From assembly GCF_006345805.1 (NCBI RefSeq), contig NC_042999.1, positions 131,502,001 to 131,566,000 on the forward strand: a DNA stretch of 64,000 bases. The letters run 5' to 3'. The translations under genes were made by a program, and so were the position numbers. How positions within the stretch are numbered: position 1 is the stretch's first letter; every line of letters starts with the position of its first letter. A model generated the notes under the pieces. It was not told where the DNA came from and searched no databases. It saw nothing but the letters and a program-made list of their open reading frames with translations. Positions 62,518-64,000 of the stretch are shown piece by piece. Origin of the DNA: Octopus sinensis. Taxonomy: Eukaryota.

Positions 62518-62831
62518 CACTGGTTCTCAACAGGAGTCCACATGACTCCCTAGGGGTGCATGTAAGATTTTTAGGGGTCCACGCTAGCAAAATAGTAATT
62601 TGGAGATCTACCGTAGTTTTTTATGGGTGCATGAAAAAGTTTTGATTTAGATGTATTAATTGCTAGAAAGAGATAAATTTCTTTCTCTAATGTTTTTGCA
62701 TAATTTAACCCACATAAGTTAATGTGTGAATAAAAAAAAAAAGGAATTTTGAAAGAAGTAGCTATAAAACTAGTTTATAAACATCGAATGAATATCGGGG
62801 TCCACCAGAATAAAATAGCTGAGAACCACTC
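62518..62831. mobile_element. hAT (Charlie-like) MITE
   Basis: TIR CACTGGTTCTCAAC / GCTGAGAACCACTC; TSD TTCTAAAT / TTCTAAAG. Confidence 0.8.
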
Positions 62832-63679
62832 TTCTAAAGGATCGATTCACCTATTCGCTAGAAATAACACCTGAATCTTCTACAGACTACTACTATCATT
62901 TTAAAAATGGAAAGACACGTTGGATCATGGTAGTGCCAGATACTTTATGCTTGGAAATTTTTAAAAAATCAAGATGATCACAGCTGAGACATCATCGATC
63001 TGGGATAATATTTTAAGATAAGTTGAAGCAATTTTACAAGACCACACCACATTTTCTTCTTTTATTTTTCTGATTTTCTTTGACATTTTAAAAATATATA
63101 TGAAATAGAATTGTTATTGTCAGAATCAACAATACGACTGAAGAAAATATTTCAAGGGAGTTTTATGCATTCTGAAAAGAAAAAAAAAAAAAAGCGTCTC
63201 ACACAGAATTCGATAAAAACAAAACTTTCGGTCAACTGAGGTTAGGTAAATTAGTAGTTAGAGGGGTTTTACCAACTAATTGCTTAGATAATTCTTTGAT
63301 GATAGAAGTTTTTCTGTTCCCTTTAATTCCGTAGTCCAGAACTACCAGGTCGCATAGAAGGAATAATTTAAAAATCTTTATTGACTATTGCAGTCTGCCG
63401 GGTATTTTTGCATTATATATTGTATTATGTGTGTAATATATAAGTATGATACATGTAATAATTTAATTATATGTTATGCACTTTATTGTGCTTTGTTATG
63501 TGTGTGATTTCCCGGTCTGTGGAAAAATTGTCATGCATGAAACCTGTCCGTGGTGTAAAAACGGCTGGTGTCCGCTGCACTATGTTACGTGAGTCCCTAC
63601 CGTAAAGTTATTGTAAAAGAAGATAAGCACCAACTTGAAAAAACAGGGCTACTGTTTTTCATTTCTATCAATAATTGAC

Positions 63680-63943
63680 GCTTATAATATATTCCCGCCA
63701 AAATCTTGAAATTTATTTACATTGCATTTCTCAGGGATCCCGCAGTCGGGAAGGAGTCCGACTTCCCTAGGTTCACGCCTCTAGTTAATCACAAAGTTAT
63801 TGTTATTGTAAATTACGGTCAGCTGTGCAGTAAAAGGATGTGAGCACGTGATAAGGTATGTTGTGTCGAAACATCAACCGGAAGTTACCGTAACAAAGTT
63901 TGTGAATAATCTAATTGGTCAATATTGTTAATATACGAGAAAC
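63680..63943 (+). promoter_or_regulatory. Housekeeping-type promoter with E2F, E-box and ETS motifs
   Basis: TTCCCGCCAAAA (E2F) at 63692-63703, CACGTG at 63845-63850, CCGGAAGT (ETS) at 63878-63885; CpG-rich. Confidence 0.55.
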
Positions 63944-64000
63944 ATGGCTGACGTTGTAGCTGAAGTTTTACGTGAAGCTGCCGAAAAAGAAGCTCGTTTC
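63944..64000 (+). CDS. RRS1: N-terminus of probable ribosome biogenesis regulatory protein RRS1; runs off the window
   Basis: AAACATGG start context; translates MADVVAEVLREAAEKEARF, resembling recalled invertebrate RRS1 N-termini (D-V-V..V-L...A......K-S-I.V.K). Only 19 codons are visible. Confidence 0.6.
   Translation, partial: MADVVAEVLREAAEKEARF

Noticed and set aside
63215-63400. Possible divergent gene exon upstream of RRS1
   Set aside because: The open frame (SIKIFKLFLLCDL...) is unrecognisable and lacks a convincing start or donor.

Overview
AT-rich, repeat-saturated animal DNA. The tRNA-derived SINE families, RTE 3' ends and microsatellites point to an octopus (coleoid cephalopod) genome; this is an inference. 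Two host genes are recognisable. (1) The first coding exon of an ARHGAP17/44 (RICH/nadrin-type BAR-RhoGAP) gene lies on the minus strand at 42058-42128, with a CpG-rich promoter at about 42.2-42.9 kb. I found no convincing exon 2 in the 42 kb to its left, so most of the window appears to be one very long first intron. (2) The first 19 codons of a probable RRS1 gene lie on the plus strand at 63944-64000, preceded by E2F, E-box and ETS motifs. The rest is layered mobile DNA: three SINE families; RTE LINEs whose RT carries a PHD-like finger and whose 3' UTR carries a ~61-bp variable tandem repeat; R4/Dong and Hero RLE LINE ends; a Penelope-like (PLE) RT/GIY-YIG fragment; Helitron, hAT and Merlin remnants; and piggyBac, hAT and Tc1-mariner MITEs. 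The most striking hidden signal is a set of at least five sequence-distinct type I hammerhead ribozyme motifs or remnants (29461-29504, 29903-29977, 43453-43541, 47341-47367, 49717-49773). One is structurally near complete. Three sit inside long fold-back palindromes, and a fourth palindrome (4605-4680) is centred on a ribozyme stem; the turn points fall in or next to ribozyme stems. All structures and translations were read by eye; no folding or database search was run.
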